Shown: positions 1-15,219, counted from the first letter of the stretch. The stretch is DNA of 64,000 bases from Nitrospinota bacterium (GCA_016208975.1 JACQXA010000001.1:1834-65833), one strand, 5' to 3'. Notes: generated by a model from the letters alone, not told the origin. Numbers and translations are program-made.

Positions 1-1
1 G

Positions 2-643
2 CTCGAAGCGCTGAAGCTCGTCAAGGCGAACGCGAAGGCGAAGTTCAACGAGACTGTGGAGATGGCCATACGGCTGGGGGTTAACCCCACCAAGGCCGAC
101 CAGATGGTGCGCGGGGCCGTCACAATGCCCAAGGGCACGGGGAAGGTCCGCAAGATCGCCGTGTTCGCCAAGGGCGAGAAGCTCAAGGAAGCGGAGGCGG
201 CGGGCGCGGACTTTTCCGGGGCCGATGAGCTGATCCAGAAAGTGGCGGGCGGATGGATGGATTTCGACGTGGCCGTGGCCACGCCGGACATGATGGGCCA
301 GGTGGGCAAGCTGGGCAAGGCGCTCGGTCCCCGGGGTCTTATGCCCAATCCGAAATCCGGCACGGTAACTTTCGACATCGAGAAGGCCATTAAGGAGATC
401 CGGGCCGGCAAAGTGGAGTTCCGGGTGGACAAGGCGGGCGTGGTTCACGCCCCGGTTGGCAAAGCCAGCTTCGCCCCGGAAGACCTTTACGAGAACGCCC
501 GGGCGCTTTTGGATCATCTTATGAAAATCAAACCCTCAACCGCCAAGGGCACTTATGTGAAATCCGTGGCGGTAAGCTCCACCATGGGCCCCGGCGTGAG
601 GGTGGACACGGCCGACGCCGCAGGCGCCGGCAAGGCCGCCTAG
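2..643 (+). CDS. rplA: 50S ribosomal protein L1 (5'-truncated by window edge)
   Basis: Frame is open from base 2 ([21 protein letters not shown]); motifs [23 protein letters not shown]; lies before rplJ. Confidence 0.98.
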   Translation, partial: LEALKLVKANAKAKFNETVEMAIRLGVNPTKADQMVRGAVTMPKGTGKVRKIAVFAKGEKLKEAEAAGADFSGADELIQKVAGGWMDFDVAVATPDMMGQVGKLGKALGPRGLMPNPKSGTVTFDIEKAIKEIRAGKVEFRVDKAGVVHAPVGKASFAPEDLYENARALLDHLMKIKPSTAKGTYVKSVAVSSTMGPGVRVDTADAAGAGKAA

Positions 644-658
644 GGAGGGACGCGGAAA

Positions 659-1195
659 ATGGTTACAGAAGTTAAGAAAACTGAGCTGGAGGAGCTCCGC
701 GAGAGCTTCAAGACCGCCAAGATGGCGCTGATGGCCAATTTCAGCGGCGTCACCGTGGAGGATGTGGACGTTCTGCGCAGGAACCTTCGCGCCTCCAACA
801 CCCGGCTGAAGGTTGTGAAGAACACCCTGGCCAGGCTTGCGGTGAAAGACACGCCGATTGAAGGCGCGGATAAGATGTTCAAGGGCCCTGTCACCGTGGC
901 GTTCGGTTATTCGGACGACATAGGCGCCTCGGCGAAAACCTTTCTGGATTTCGCCAAGGCCAAGGCCGACAACCTGAAGATCATCGGCGGCGTGGTGGAA
1001 GGATCGGTCCTGACGGCCGAGCAGGTGAGGAAACTTGGCGACATGCCAACCAAGCCCGTGGCCCAGGCCATGTTCCTTGGGTTGTTACAGTCGCCTGCCA
1101 GGAACTTCCTGGGCGTCATGGAAGCGGCGGCCCGGAAATTCCTTTACGCGCTCAACGCCGTGGCGGAGAAGAAACAGGAAGGGGGCCAGGCTTAA
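659..1195 (+). CDS. rplJ: 50S ribosomal protein L10
   Basis: VVKNTLARLA motif, 178 aa, SD GGGAGG at 643-648, position between rplA and rplL. Confidence 0.97.
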   Translation: MVTEVKKTELEELRESFKTAKMALMANFSGVTVEDVDVLRRNLRASNTRLKVVKNTLARLAVKDTPIEGADKMFKGPVTVAFGYSDDIGASAKTFLDFAKAKADNLKIIGGVVEGSVLTAEQVRKLGDMPTKPVAQAMFLGLLQSPARNFLGVMEAAARKFLYALNAVAEKKQEGGQA

Positions 1196-1255
1196 GGCCG
1201 GCCCGTCTTTTCCATAAACGTATTTACAAGACTCGAGTTGGAGGATATTGGACAG

Positions 1256-1624
1256 ATGACTAAGGACGATGTGAAGGATTTCATCAGGAACATGCCCGTT
1301 CACGAGCTTTTGGGCCTCGTGAAGGAGCTTGAAGACGAGTGGGGCGTTTCCGCCGCCGCTCCGGCCGCCGTTGCCGTGGCTGGCCCTGCCGCCGCCGCCG
1401 TCGAGGCCGCCCCCACCGAGGTTTCGGTGATACTGGCTGGCGCTGGCGACAAGAAGATACAGGTGATCAAGGTTGTGCGCGAGGTTACCGGCCTTGGCCT
1501 GAAAGAGGCCAAAGACCTGGTGGACGGCGCCCCGAAACCCGTAAAAGAGAAGATCTCCCCGGAAGAGGCCCAGAAGATAAAGGCCCAGCTGGAAGAGAAC
1601 GGCGCCACTGTAGAGATAAAGTAA
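1256..1624 (+). CDS. rplL: 50S ribosomal protein L7/L12
   Basis: Ala-rich hinge and [27 protein letters not shown] 1256 chosen over TTG 1238 because GGAGG lies at 1240-1244. Confidence 0.97.
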   Translation: MTKDDVKDFIRNMPVHELLGLVKELEDEWGVSAAAPAAVAVAGPAAAAVEAAPTEVSVILAGAGDKKIQVIKVVREVTGLGLKEAKDLVDGAPKPVKEKISPEEAQKIKAQLEENGATVEIK

Positions 1625-1645
1625 CACGCGAAAGCATGTTGCGAA

Positions 1646-1721
1646 CCGGCGGGGGCTGACCTCCGCCGGACAGGTTTTTGAAAAATGGGAGGGGCGGGAT
1701 AAGTCCGCCCTTACCCTTTTT
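1646..1721 (+). terminator. rplL-rpoB intergenic hairpins (possible attenuator/terminator)
   Basis: Stem CCGGCGGGGG/CCTCCGCCGG (1646-1669) followed by ACAGGTTTTT; second stem GGGCGGG/TCCGCCC followed by TTACCCTTTTT. Confidence 0.5.
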
Positions 1722-1788
1722 ATAAGCTCACTATCACGCGCGCGCCGCCACACGGCAAAACAGAGCGGGCGATTGGGAGGTTTACAGG

Positions 1789-5838
<4,050 letters not shown>

Positions 5839-5928
5839 AGGCGCAAAAGAGGTTTTTTGTTTCGCCTCAAGGCGCAATAGTCTTGAGGCGGCGCGAATAT
5901 ATGACAATTAGAACAGGGAGATAAGCCA

Positions 5929-8900
5929 TTGGAAACGTTCACCGCTTCCTTTGTGGAAAAACCCAGGGATCCCATATCGTTCAACGCGATTAGAATCAGG
6001 CTCGCCTCCCCGGAGAAGATACGGTCGTGGTCTTTCGGTGAAGTCAAGAAACCGGAGACCATAAACTACCGCACCTTCAAGCCGGAGAGGGACGGGCTTT
6101 TCTGCGCCAAGATATTCGGCCCGGTGAAGGACTGGGAGTGCAACTGCGGCAAGTACAAACGGATGAAGTACAAAGGCGTGGTTTGCGAGAAGTGCGGCGT
6201 GGAGGTGACCCTCTCAAAGGTGCGGCGCGAGCGGATGGGGCATATAGAGCTTGCCAGCCCCGTCGCGCACATATGGTTCTTCAAAGGGCTACCGTCGCGC
6301 ATCGGCAACTTCCTGGACGTCACCCTGAAGGACCTGGAGAAGATAATATACTTCGAATCCTACGTGGTCACAGACCCGGGCGATACGGACCTAAAATACA
6401 AACAGCTTCTCACCGACGACCAACTGCGCAAGGCGGTGGAGCAACACGGAGAGCTGGCGTTCCGCGCCGGAATAGGCGCCGAGGCCATCGAAGAGCTTCT
6501 GCGCAACACCAACGTGGAAGACCTGGCCGAGGAGCTGAAAGCCGCCCTTAAGGAGACCACCTCCCAGCAGACCTTGAGGAAGCTGGCCAAGCGGCTTAAG
6601 GTGGTGGAGTCTTTCCGCAAGTCCGGCAACAAGCCTGAGTGGATGATCCTGAAGGTCGTCCCGGTCATACCGCCCGAGCTTCGGCCCCTGGTGCCGCTGG
6701 ACGGCGGCAGGTTCGCCACGTCGGACCTCAACGACCTGTACCGGCGCGTCATCAACCGCAACAACAGGCTCAAGAGGATTCAGGAGCTCAAGGCGCCGGA
6801 CATCATAATCCGCAACGAGAAACGCATGTTGCAGGAGGCTGTGGCCGCCCTGTTCGACAACGGCCGGCGCGGCAGGACGTTAAAAGGCCCCAACAAACGC
6901 CCCTTGAAATCCCTGTCGGACATGCTCAAAGGCAAGCAGGGCCGGTTCCGCCAGAACCTTCTGGGCAAACGCGTGGACTACTCCGGCCGGTCTGTCATCG
7001 TGGTGGGGCCCGAGCTGAAATTCTTCCAGTGCGGCCTGCCCAAGAAAATGGCCCTGGAAATGTTCAAACCGTTCATCTTCCACAGGCTGGAGGAGAAGGG
7101 TTACGCCACCACCATAAAAATGGCCAAGAAAATGGTGGACCAGGAGCGGCCCGAAGTGTGGGAAGTATTGGAAGAGGTTGTCACAAACCATCCGGTACTG
7201 CTAAACCGCGCCCCCACGCTTCACAGGCTCGGCATCCAGGCGTTCATGCCGGTGCTGGTGGACGGGAAGGCCATAAGGCTCCATCCGCTGGTGTGCGCCG
7301 CGTACAACGCCGACTTCGACGGAGACCAGATGGCTGTCCACATCCCGCTTTCACTGGAAGCGCAGATAGAGGCCAAGTTCCTGATGATGTCGGTGCACAA
7401 CATACTGTCGCCCGCATCTGGCAAGCCTATCGCCGTGCCCTCGCAGGACATAGTGCTGGGTTGCTATTACCTTACCAAGGAGCGTGGCGGCTCGTTGGGC
7501 GAGAACAGGACCTTCTCGGGCATTCAGGAGGCCCGCTCCGCCTATGACAACGGCGAGCTTTCGCTGAACGCCCGGATCAGGGCCCGCCTTAACGGCAAGG
7601 TTTACAACACCACCGCAGGCCGCGTGTTCATGTACGAGATCATGCCTGAAGGCATGCCTTTCGACCTGGTCAACCGCCTGCTGGACAAGAAGACCCTGCA
7701 GGAGCTTGTGAACGAGGTGTTCATCAGCAGGGGCCGCGACACCACCGTGAAGTTCCTGGACGACCTTAAGGACCTGGGTTTCTCCATCGCCACCAAGGCG
7801 GGCATATCCATATCCATGGACAACATGCTCATCCCGGACGACAAGGAGAAGCTGGTCCGCAAGGCCGCCGAAGAGGTTGCCAAGGTGGATTCGCAGTACC
7901 ACAACGGCCTAATAACCCACGGCGAGCGTTACAACAAGATCGTGGACATCTGGGCCCACGTCACCGACGAGGTCTCTAAGGAGATGTTCAAGGAGCTGGC
8001 CCGGCAGGACGAGGCCGTGGTTAAGGGCGAGGCCCGCGACCTTGACTTCAACTCCATATTCATTATGGCCGAGTCCGGCGCGCGCGGCTCTCAACAGCAG
8101 ATCCGCCAGCTGGCCGGAATGCGCGGCCTTATGGCCAAGCCCTCGGGCGAGATCATGGAGACTCCGATAACCTCCAACTTCCGCGAGGGGCTGACGGTGC
8201 TCCAGTACTTCATATCCACCCACGGCGCGCGCAAAGGTTTGGCGGACACGGCCTTGAAAACGGCCAACTCCGGTTACCTTACCCGCAGGCTTGTGGACGT
8301 GGCCCAGGACATCATCATCCTGGAGGAAGACTGCGGCACGCTCAACGGCATCGAGATATACGCCCTGGTGGAAGGCGGCAAAGTGATACAGGACCTGGGC
8401 GAGCGCGTTCTGGGCAGGATTGCCCTGGAGAACGTGATAGACCCCTTCAACAAGGACGTACTGCTGGAAGCCAACCAGATGGTGGACGAGCAGGCCGTAG
8501 AGCTCCTGGAGGAGAGGGGCATAGAGCATATCAAGATACGCTCGGTGCTTACCTGCGAATCCAAAGAAGGCGCCTGCGCCCTGTGCTATGGCCGGAACCT
8601 TGCCAACGGCAAACTGGTGGAGATAGGCGAGGCGGTGGGCGTCATCGCGGCCCAGTCCATCGGCGAGCCGGGCACCCAGCTTACCATGAGAACCTTCCAC
8701 ATAGGCGGCACGGCCTCCAGGGTGGCGGAGCAGACAACGCTTGCGGCCAAGAAGGAAGGTATCGTGCGGTACGTGGAGATAAAGAGCATCCCGCTGGGCG
8801 AAGGCTCAGCGCAGAGGGAATGGGTGGTTATGAACCGCAACGGCGGCATCATCATCCAGAACGAGGAAGGGCGCGAGCTGGAGCGGCACCGCATAGTTTA

Positions 8901-10095
8901 CTCCGCCCGCATGAAGGTGGCGGACGGCGCCCGGGTGAAAGAGGGCGAGATCCTGGCCGAGTGGGATCCGTACACCCAGTCCATCCTCACCGAGTTCGGC
9001 GGTAAGCTGGCCTTCGGCGACATCGTGGAGAACGTCACCATAAAAGAGGAGATAGACGAGACCACGGGCCACGCCGAGAAGGTGGTGCTGGATCACCGCG
9101 ATCCCACCAAACAGCCCCGGTTATCCATAAAGGATGACAAGAACAAGACCATCGCCCGCTACCTTCTGCCGGCCGGGGCCCACCTGGCCGTTATTGAAGG
9201 CCAGGCGGTGAAAGCTGGTGACGTGATAGCCAAGATACCCAGGGAAACCACCAAGACCAAGGACATCACCGGCGGCTTGCCGCGGGTTGCGGAGCTTTTC
9301 GAGGCCCGCAGGCCGCACGACCAGGCCACCATCACCGAGGTTTCGGGCAAGGTGTCGTTCGGCGGCATCATGAAAGGCATGAGGCGGCTCATCGTTACCA
9401 CCGATACCGGCGAACAGCACGAGTACCTCCTGCCGCGCGGCAAGCACGTGAACGTGCACGAAGGCGACTATGTGCGGGCTGGTGAGGCGCTTATGGATGG
9501 AGCGGCCAATCCGCACGACATCCTGGCGGTCCTCGGCGAGAAGGAGCTTCAGAAGTACCTGGTCAACGAGATACAGGAGGTTTACCGCCTCCAGGGCGTT
9601 ATGATAAACGACAAGCACATCGAGGTGATCGTGCGGCAGATGTTGCGCCATCTTGTGATAGAAGACGGCGGCGACACCGACATGATGATTGGCGAGATGG
9701 TCCCAAAAGCCATGTTCGCCGAGAAGAACCGCGCGGTGATGGCCGATGGCGGGCATCCGGCCAAAGGGCGGCCCATACTGCTGGGCATCACCAAGTCGTC
9801 GCTCTCCACGGAGAGCTTCATCTCAGCGGCGTCGTTCCAGGAGACCACCAGGGTGCTTACCGAGGTGTCGGTGTCTGGCAAGGTGGATACGCTGAAGGGG
9901 TTGAAGGAAAACGTCATCATGGGCCGGCTGATACCCGCCGGAAGCGGCGCCAGGCGCTACTTCGGCTATGGGCTGAGGATGACGGAGCTTCCCAGGTTCC
10001 AGAGGCGCGAGGAGCCGGTGGACCTTTCCCCGGCGGCGGTGCTGGACGTGGATATCGAGGACGAGGACGACATCGAACTGGAAGACGCGGAATAA
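5929..10095 (+). CDS. rpoC: DNA-directed RNA polymerase subunit beta'
   Basis: 1388 aa; catalytic NADFDGD, N-terminal zinc-binding domain, large trigger-loop insertion; TTG start with GGGAG upstream. Confidence 0.99.
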   Translation: METFTASFVEKPRDPISFNAIRIRLASPEKIRSWSFGEVKKPETINYRTFKPERDGLFCAKIFGPVKDWECNCGKYKRMKYKGVVCEKCGVEVTLSKVRRERMGHIELASPVAHIWFFKGLPSRIGNFLDVTLKDLEKIIYFESYVVTDPGDTDLKYKQLLTDDQLRKAVEQHGELAFRAGIGAEAIEELLRNTNVEDLAEELKAALKETTSQQTLRKLAKRLKVVESFRKSGNKPEWMILKVVPVIPPELRPLVPLDGGRFATSDLNDLYRRVINRNNRLKRIQELKAPDIIIRNEKRMLQEAVAALFDNGRRGRTLKGPNKRPLKSLSDMLKGKQGRFRQNLLGKRVDYSGRSVIVVGPELKFFQCGLPKKMALEMFKPFIFHRLEEKGYATTIKMAKKMVDQERPEVWEVLEEVVTNHPVLLNRAPTLHRLGIQAFMPVLVDGKAIRLHPLVCAAYNADFDGDQMAVHIPLSLEAQIEAKFLMMSVHNILSPASGKPIAVPSQDIVLGCYYLTKERGGSLGENRTFSGIQEARSAYDNGELSLNARIRARLNGKVYNTTAGRVFMYEIMPEGMPFDLVNRLLDKKTLQELVNEVFISRGRDTTVKFLDDLKDLGFSIATKAGISISMDNMLIPDDKEKLVRKAAEEVAKVDSQYHNGLITHGERYNKIVDIWAHVTDEVSKEMFKELARQDEAVVKGEARDLDFNSIFIMAESGARGSQQQIRQLAGMRGLMAKPSGEIMETPITSNFREGLTVLQYFISTHGARKGLADTALKTANSGYLTRRLVDVAQDIIILEEDCGTLNGIEIYALVEGGKVIQDLGERVLGRIALENVIDPFNKDVLLEANQMVDEQAVELLEERGIEHIKIRSVLTCESKEGACALCYGRNLANGKLVEIGEAVGVIAAQSIGEPGTQLTMRTFHIGGTASRVAEQTTLAAKKEGIVRYVEIKSIPLGEGSAQREWVVMNRNGGIIIQNEEGRELERHRIVYSARMKVADGARVKEGEILAEWDPYTQSILTEFGGKLAFGDIVENVTIKEEIDETTGHAEKVVLDHRDPTKQPRLSIKDDKNKTIARYLLPAGAHLAVIEGQAVKAGDVIAKIPRETTKTKDITGGLPRVAELFEARRPHDQATITEVSGKVSFGGIMKGMRRLIVTTDTGEQHEYLLPRGKHVNVHEGDYVRAGEALMDGAANPHDILAVLGEKELQKYLVNEIQEVYRLQGVMINDKHIEVIVRQMLRHLVIEDGGDTDMMIGEMVPKAMFAEKNRAVMADGGHPAKGRPILLGITKSSLSTESFISAASFQETTRVLTEVSVSGKVDTLKGLKENVIMGRLIPAGSGARRYFGYGLRMTELPRFQRREEPVDLSPAAVLDVDIEDEDDIELEDAE

Positions 10096-10120
10096 GCGCC
10101 GCGTTAGCGAAGTTTTAAAG

Positions 10121-10162
10121 AAGGCCGGTGAGTCGTAAAAGAATCACCGGCCTTTAGTTTTT
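10121..10162 (+). terminator. Rho-independent terminator after rpoC
   Basis: 11-bp stem AAGGCCGGTGA/TCACCGGCCTT followed by TAGTTTTT. Confidence 0.8.
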
Positions 10163-10186
10163 CATGGGGGTGTTAAAATCGGGCGC

Positions 10187-11965
10187 ATGACCGGAAAATT
10201 CGCCGAGAGCATCCGCAAGACGCTGGAGCGGAGCTTCGCCTCCCGATCCTCCCACGAGCACACTGTGTTCATGATTACCGCCAGCGTGCTTGGCGCCACA
10301 TGTGGCGCGTTAGCGGTATTGTTCGAAAAACTTGTGGAGTTTTTCGAGTATCTCTTTTTCGAGGTTTCATGGAACTTCACCGGGGGAGACTCGACAGTCT
10401 TCAAATGGCTCGTCATCCCACTGCTTCCAGCGTTAGGCGGGCTATTGGTGGGGCTTCTGACATGGCGGTTCCGGATGGGGGCGGAGTCCGCTTCCGCCGC
10501 CGAGGTAATGAAATGGACGGCCGTTGACGGCGGTGTGGTGAAACCCCGCATAGTTTGGTTCCGGACGCTGGTGTCCACTATCTTTCTTGGGTCTGGCGGC
10601 TCCGGCGGACCGGAAGGGCCGATCGCCCAGGTGTGCGGCGCGTGGGGGTCCACCATTGGTCAATTTCTTAACGCCTCGTCGGAGCGGTTGCGGCTGTTGG
10701 TGGGTTGCGGCGCGGCGGCTGGCATCGCGGCGGCGTTCAACGCCCCAATAGCCGGGGTGATATTCACCGTGGAGCTTGTTCTGGGCGACTTCAACGTAAT
10801 ATCGTTCCTCCCCATAGTTATAAGCTCGGTGATGGCCACCACGGTAAAACGGCTCATGCTGGGCGAGGTGCATGTGTTCTCCGCCCCGCCTTACGCCCTG
10901 GTGTCTTCATGGGAAATATTCCTGTACGCAATCCTTGGCGTGCTGTGCGGGCTGGCGGCGCGGCTTTTCGTGGCCACCAGCGCCCGCAGTGAGGAGTTCT
11001 TCAAGAAGAAAGTAAGAATCCATCCAGCGTTAAAACCGGCGCTGGGCGGTTTGCTGGTGGGCATAATAGGAATATGGTGGCCGGAGATTTTTGGCGGCGG
11101 TTTTGAGACCATGGACGTGATGCTGGCCGGTGAGATGGCCTTGAGCCTGGCGTTCACCCTCGTTTTCATAAAGATAATCGCCACGGCCATATCATTGGGC
11201 TCTGGCGGCTCCGGCGGCATATTCGCCCCATCGCTTTTTATAGGTTGCATGACCGGCGGGGCGTTCGGCTATCTGGTGAACATGGCCGCGCCGGACGCGG
11301 TGGCCTCGCCCGGCGCCTACGCCATGGTGGGGCTTGCGGCCGTTATGGCCGCCGTGGCGCACGCGCCGCTAACAAACATCCTCATGGGTTACGAGCTTAC
11401 GGGGAACTACGAGATCATCCTGCCCATCATGACCTCCTGCATCATGGCCACGTTCGTGATAACCCGGTTCTCGCCGGAATCCATGTTCACGGAAAAACTC
11501 TCTAAACGAGGCATCCGCCTGTGGCGCGGGCGGGACCTGGCGGTGATGGACAGGATAAAGGTTGGGGAGATAATGACAAACCAATTCACCACAATTCCCG
11601 AGAACACGCCGTTCCGCAGGATAATGGAGCTTATCGCCACTTCGCGGGACAGTTATTTCCCCGTGGTGGACGCTTCCGGAAACTTAACCGGCATCATATC
11701 CATCCAGAACGTGCGGGAGATATTGCTGGACAGCGTGGATCTGGCGGACATAGTGGTGGCCAAGGAAATAGCCACCGAGCATGTCATCACCGTTATCGAA
11801 AGCAACAACCTCAACGAGGCCATGGAGCGGTTCGCCATGAAAGAGATAGAGCAGTTGCCCGTGGTCGCCATGGACGACTCTAAGAAGATCATCGGCATGT
11901 TGAAGAGGGTGGACGTGATGGCGGCGTATAAAAAGGAAGTGCTTAAGAAAACTTCGCAGGACTGA
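10187..11965 (+). CDS. ClC family anion channel/transporter with C-terminal CBS pair
   Basis: GPEGP gating-Glu motif, AAFNAPIAG, GGIFAP, many TM helices, tandem CBS-like C-terminus. Confidence 0.93.
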   Translation: MTGKFAESIRKTLERSFASRSSHEHTVFMITASVLGATCGALAVLFEKLVEFFEYLFFEVSWNFTGGDSTVFKWLVIPLLPALGGLLVGLLTWRFRMGAESASAAEVMKWTAVDGGVVKPRIVWFRTLVSTIFLGSGGSGGPEGPIAQVCGAWGSTIGQFLNASSERLRLLVGCGAAAGIAAAFNAPIAGVIFTVELVLGDFNVISFLPIVISSVMATTVKRLMLGEVHVFSAPPYALVSSWEIFLYAILGVLCGLAARLFVATSARSEEFFKKKVRIHPALKPALGGLLVGIIGIWWPEIFGGGFETMDVMLAGEMALSLAFTLVFIKIIATAISLGSGGSGGIFAPSLFIGCMTGGAFGYLVNMAAPDAVASPGAYAMVGLAAVMAAVAHAPLTNILMGYELTGNYEIILPIMTSCIMATFVITRFSPESMFTEKLSKRGIRLWRGRDLAVMDRIKVGEIMTNQFTTIPENTPFRRIMELIATSRDSYFPVVDASGNLTGIISIQNVREILLDSVDLADIVVAKEIATEHVITVIESNNLNEAMERFAMKEIEQLPVVAMDDSKKIIGMLKRVDVMAAYKKEVLKKTSQD

Positions 11966-11969
11966 CCAG

Positions 11970-12959
11970 TTATTTTCGTCTCAACATTTCCAGCGCCGCG
12001 CCGTAAACCTCGTCCACGGTGATAGACTCCATACATAAATGATCCGTGGGGCATTTGCGTTTCCAGCAAGGGGCGCAGGCGGCTTTCTTGTAAATCACCT
12101 TCACATTGGGGCCCAGGGGGCTTGTTTCCTCCGGCGATGTGGGGCCGAAGATGGCCAGGGTGGGCGTGCCCAGCGCCGCTGATATATGCATGGGGCCTGT
12201 GTCGTTGGTTATGTAAATGGCCAGGCGGGCCATGACCGCGGCCAGCGCGCCGATGTCTGTCTTGCCAACAAGGGAGAACGGTTTCACCTTTTCGCAGGTT
12301 TTTAAAATCTCATCTTCAGCCCACCGGTCTGCCTCGCCGCCCAGCAATACTATTTGATAATCGCTGGAAAGCCGGGCCGCCAGCTCCGCGAATTTTCTTG
12401 ACGGCCACATCTTTGCGGAACCATAGGTTGCCCCGAACCCGAACCCCACAAAAGGTTTTTGAACGGGTGGCAAAATGCTCCCGGCCTTGGCTTTGGCTTC
12501 GGCGGTTACGGTAAGCTCCGGCGCGGCGATTGTGATGTCCGGGGCGATCTCCCGCGCCAGACGCAGGAAATACTCCGACTGATGGAGTGAATGTTTAACT
12601 CCCGGTTTGGCGACAGGGCGTGTGAGAAGCCAGGACCGCAAATCCCCCGCGTAACCAATCCTAGCGGGCGCGCCGGTTCGAAAAACCTCCCACGCCGACC
12701 GGAAGGAGTTGGGTAGAACCAGAGCCGTGTCGAATTTTTCCGCACGGGCTTTGGTGATATATCCGCCAGCGTCATCCAGCGGCAATACATCATTCGCCGA
12801 AGGTATCAAACGGCCAAGGCCTGCCAATTGGCTTTTCATCAACAAAGTTATTTGGCAGTGGGGCAGGGCGGCGCGGAGCCCCATTATGGACGGAGCGGCC
12901 ATGACGCAATCGCCCAGCCAGTTGGGCATTCTGATCAGGATTTTGGATGGCTGGCTCAT
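11970..12959 (-). CDS. waaF: Lipopolysaccharide heptosyltransferase II (GT9)
   Basis: ILIRMPNWLGD, GATYGSAKMWP, NDTGPMHISAALG; start reassigned to ATG 12959, just after the lpxL stop. Confidence 0.88.
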   Translation of the reverse strand: MSQPSKILIRMPNWLGDCVMAAPSIMGLRAALPHCQITLLMKSQLAGLGRLIPSANDVLPLDDAGGYITKARAEKFDTALVLPNSFRSAWEVFRTGAPARIGYAGDLRSWLLTRPVAKPGVKHSLHQSEYFLRLAREIAPDITIAAPELTVTAEAKAKAGSILPPVQKPFVGFGFGATYGSAKMWPSRKFAELAARLSSDYQIVLLGGEADRWAEDEILKTCEKVKPFSLVGKTDIGALAAVMARLAIYITNDTGPMHISAALGTPTLAIFGPTSPEETSPLGPNVKVIYKKAACAPCWKRKCPTDHLCMESITVDEVYGAALEMLRRK

Positions 12960-12967
12960 TGGCTTTG

Positions 12968-13945
12968 CTATTTTGCCGGGGCGCTGGCGCCTGTGGTGGC
13001 GTTGATTATTTTCAAGTCCGCTTCGATGGCGGCCAGGTCTTTTTCCTCCGGCGCGGTCTTCCAGCGTTTGTGTATCCACAACCATTGTTCCGGGGCGGCT
13101 TTCACAGCCTCTTCCAGCGCCTCGTTTATCTTCATGGTGACAAGCCTTATGTTGGCGGACATGGAGCCTGTGGGATGTAATTTGACCGCCGGATGGATTT
13201 TCACTTTAAGGATATTCTCCCGCCCGTCCCATATGGAGAACATGGGCAATACCGGAGCGCCGGTCCGCAAAGAGGCCACGGCGGGGGCCACTATGGTGGC
13301 CGCAAGTTTTCCAAGGAACGGGGTGAAAATGTTGTTGAACCCGGCGTTTTGGTCCACCGCGATGGTCACCATCCCACCGGAGCGAAGATGTTTGATTATC
13401 TCCGTGGCGGCGTTCTCCTTTTTGATAACGCCAAGGCCCGTGGATGTCCGGCAATCGTCGGTGAGCCAATCAATGTCTTTGTTGTCCACGGTGCGGATGA
13501 CCGACCAGACTGGATAGCCCTCAAGGGCCAGCGCGCCGTTGGCCGTTTCGAACCAGCCGAAATGGGCCGTAGCCAGGATGACCCCTTTTTTCAGCGCAAA
13601 AGCTTCCTTAAGGTTCTCGAGCCCTTCGAAGCGGATTAACTTGTCCGCGTCTTCCCGCGTAAGCGATTTCAGCCTGCCCGCCTGGATTATGAACCGGCCC
13701 CAGTGCAGGCACATCCTCCGGGCCAGCGCCGAAAGCTCCTCGCCGCTGGCGGAAGGATAAAGGTTGCGCATGTTATCCATGGCCACCTTCAGCCGCGTGG
13801 CGCGAACCACCAGCCAGAAGAGCCTCCCAACCAGGTTTCCCAGCGCCAGAGAACCTTTGAAAGAAAGCAGGTTAGCGAGCCATCGCAGACCAAGGGTGGC
13901 GAAGAATGCCAACTTACCGGGTAGCGGGTTCTTTTTCTTGCCCAC
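12968..13945 (-). CDS. lpxL: Lipid A lauroyl/myristoyl acyltransferase (LpxL/HtrB family)
   Basis: AHFGWFE (Hx4E), DQNAG, PEQWLWIHKRWK; probable GTG start at 13945, just after the hisH stop. Confidence 0.85.
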   Translation of the reverse strand: MGKKKNPLPGKLAFFATLGLRWLANLLSFKGSLALGNLVGRLFWLVVRATRLKVAMDNMRNLYPSASGEELSALARRMCLHWGRFIIQAGRLKSLTREDADKLIRFEGLENLKEAFALKKGVILATAHFGWFETANGALALEGYPVWSVIRTVDNKDIDWLTDDCRTSTGLGVIKKENAATEIIKHLRSGGMVTIAVDQNAGFNNIFTPFLGKLAATIVAPAVASLRTGAPVLPMFSIWDGRENILKVKIHPAVKLHPTGSMSANIRLVTMKINEALEEAVKAAPEQWLWIHKRWKTAPEEKDLAAIEADLKIINATTGASAPAK

Positions 13946-13952
13946 GGGTTTG

Positions 13953-14579
13953 TTATACAAGTCCCGCCACGCGGGCGAAATTTGCAAGCACCGCCAGCCC
14001 GGCCCTTTGGCTTTTTTCCGGGTGGAACTGGGTGGCGAAAATGTTCCCGTTCTCCACCGCCGAGGCGAAGGTCTGCCCCGCGTATTCGGTGGTGGCGCAC
14101 ACTATGTCCGCTCCGGGTATTGGGAAGTAGGAGTGTACGAAATAAAAATCTGTCCCATCGGCGATGCCTTCGAACAACCGGCTTTTTTTCGTGATCCTGG
14201 CCTGGTTCCAGCCCATGTGGGGTATTTTGGCGCGCGATTCCTTCGGAAACGAAAACCTTACGCATTTTCCCGGAAATACGTTCAATCCGGTGATGGGGCC
14301 GAACTCATCACTCTCTTCGAAAAGTAGCTGGTAGCCCACGCAAATCCCCAGGAACGGTTTGCCCGAGCGAAGATATTCCCTTACCGGATTTAAGAGGCCA
14401 TATTTTCCGAGATTGGCCATGCACTCGCCGAACGCGCCCACGCCCGGAAGAATGAGCGCTTCCGCCGAAAGCACATCCGCAGGGTTTGAGGAGACCAGGG
14501 TTCTCGCCCCGGTTTTTTCGACAGCTTTCTGCACGGACCTCAGGTTGCCGACATCGTAATCCACAATCACCGCGGGCAT
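13953..14579 (-). CDS. hisH: Imidazole glycerol phosphate synthase glutaminase subunit
   Basis: DYDVGNLRSV, LPGVGAF, GICVG, QFHPEKS; start reassigned to ATG 14579. Confidence 0.97.
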   Translation of the reverse strand: MPAVIVDYDVGNLRSVQKAVEKTGARTLVSSNPADVLSAEALILPGVGAFGECMANLGKYGLLNPVREYLRSGKPFLGICVGYQLLFEESDEFGPITGLNVFPGKCVRFSFPKESRAKIPHMGWNQARITKKSRLFEGIADGTDFYFVHSYFPIPGADIVCATTEYAGQTFASAVENGNIFATQFHPEKSQRAGLAVLANFARVAGLV

Positions 14580-14628
14580 GGCTGTATCCTGTAAATAGTT
14601 GGTATAACCGGCGGACTCGGGGCGGTTT

Positions 14629-15219
14629 TTAAAGCACGCCCTTGGTGGAGGGCACAATGCCTTCCAGCCGGGGGTTTTTCTCCACCGCATGGCCCAGCGC
14701 CCTGGCCACGGCCTTGAACATGGCCTCTATCACATGGTGCAGGTTTGTCCCATGGCGGGCGGTGATATGGAGCGTAATACCCGCCGCGTTGACGAAGGCG
14801 CGGACAAACTCCTCGGCCAGTTCCGCGTCGAACTCTCCCACCTTGCCCTTGGGCAGTTCCGCCTCGAACACGCAGAAGGGCCTGCCGGAAATGTCCAGGC
14901 TGGCCTCCACCAGCGCCTCGTTCAAGGGGACGGAGGCGAAACCGTAACGGTTAATCCCTTTCTTGTCTCCCAAAGCGTTTACCAGCGCCATTCCTAGCGT
15001 AAGGCCCACGTCCTCCACCGTATGATGGCCATCTATCTGGATGTCCCCTTTGGCCGATACGCTCATGTCTATAAGAGAATGGCGGGCCAGATGGTCCAGC
15101 ATATGGTCGAAAAAAGGTATCCCAGTGTTGTGGGCGCTTTTCCCGGAGCCGTCCAGATCGAGTTCGACGGTGATGTCCGTCTCGTTGGTTTTCCTAGTTA
15201 TGTTCGCAGTTCTGGCCAT
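14629..15219 (-). CDS. hisB: Imidazoleglycerol-phosphate dehydratase
   Basis: RKTNETDI, FFDHML, DGHHTVED, NLHHVIE, PSTKGVL. Confidence 0.98.
   Translation of the reverse strand: MARTANITRKTNETDITVELDLDGSGKSAHNTGIPFFDHMLDHLARHSLIDMSVSAKGDIQIDGHHTVEDVGLTLGMALVNALGDKKGINRYGFASVPLNEALVEASLDISGRPFCVFEAELPKGKVGEFDAELAEEFVRAFVNAAGITLHITARHGTNLHHVIEAMFKAVARALGHAVEKNPRLEGIVPSTKGVL

Noticed and set aside
10096..10186. rpoC not followed by rpsL-rpsG
   Set aside because: This split is common in bacteria.
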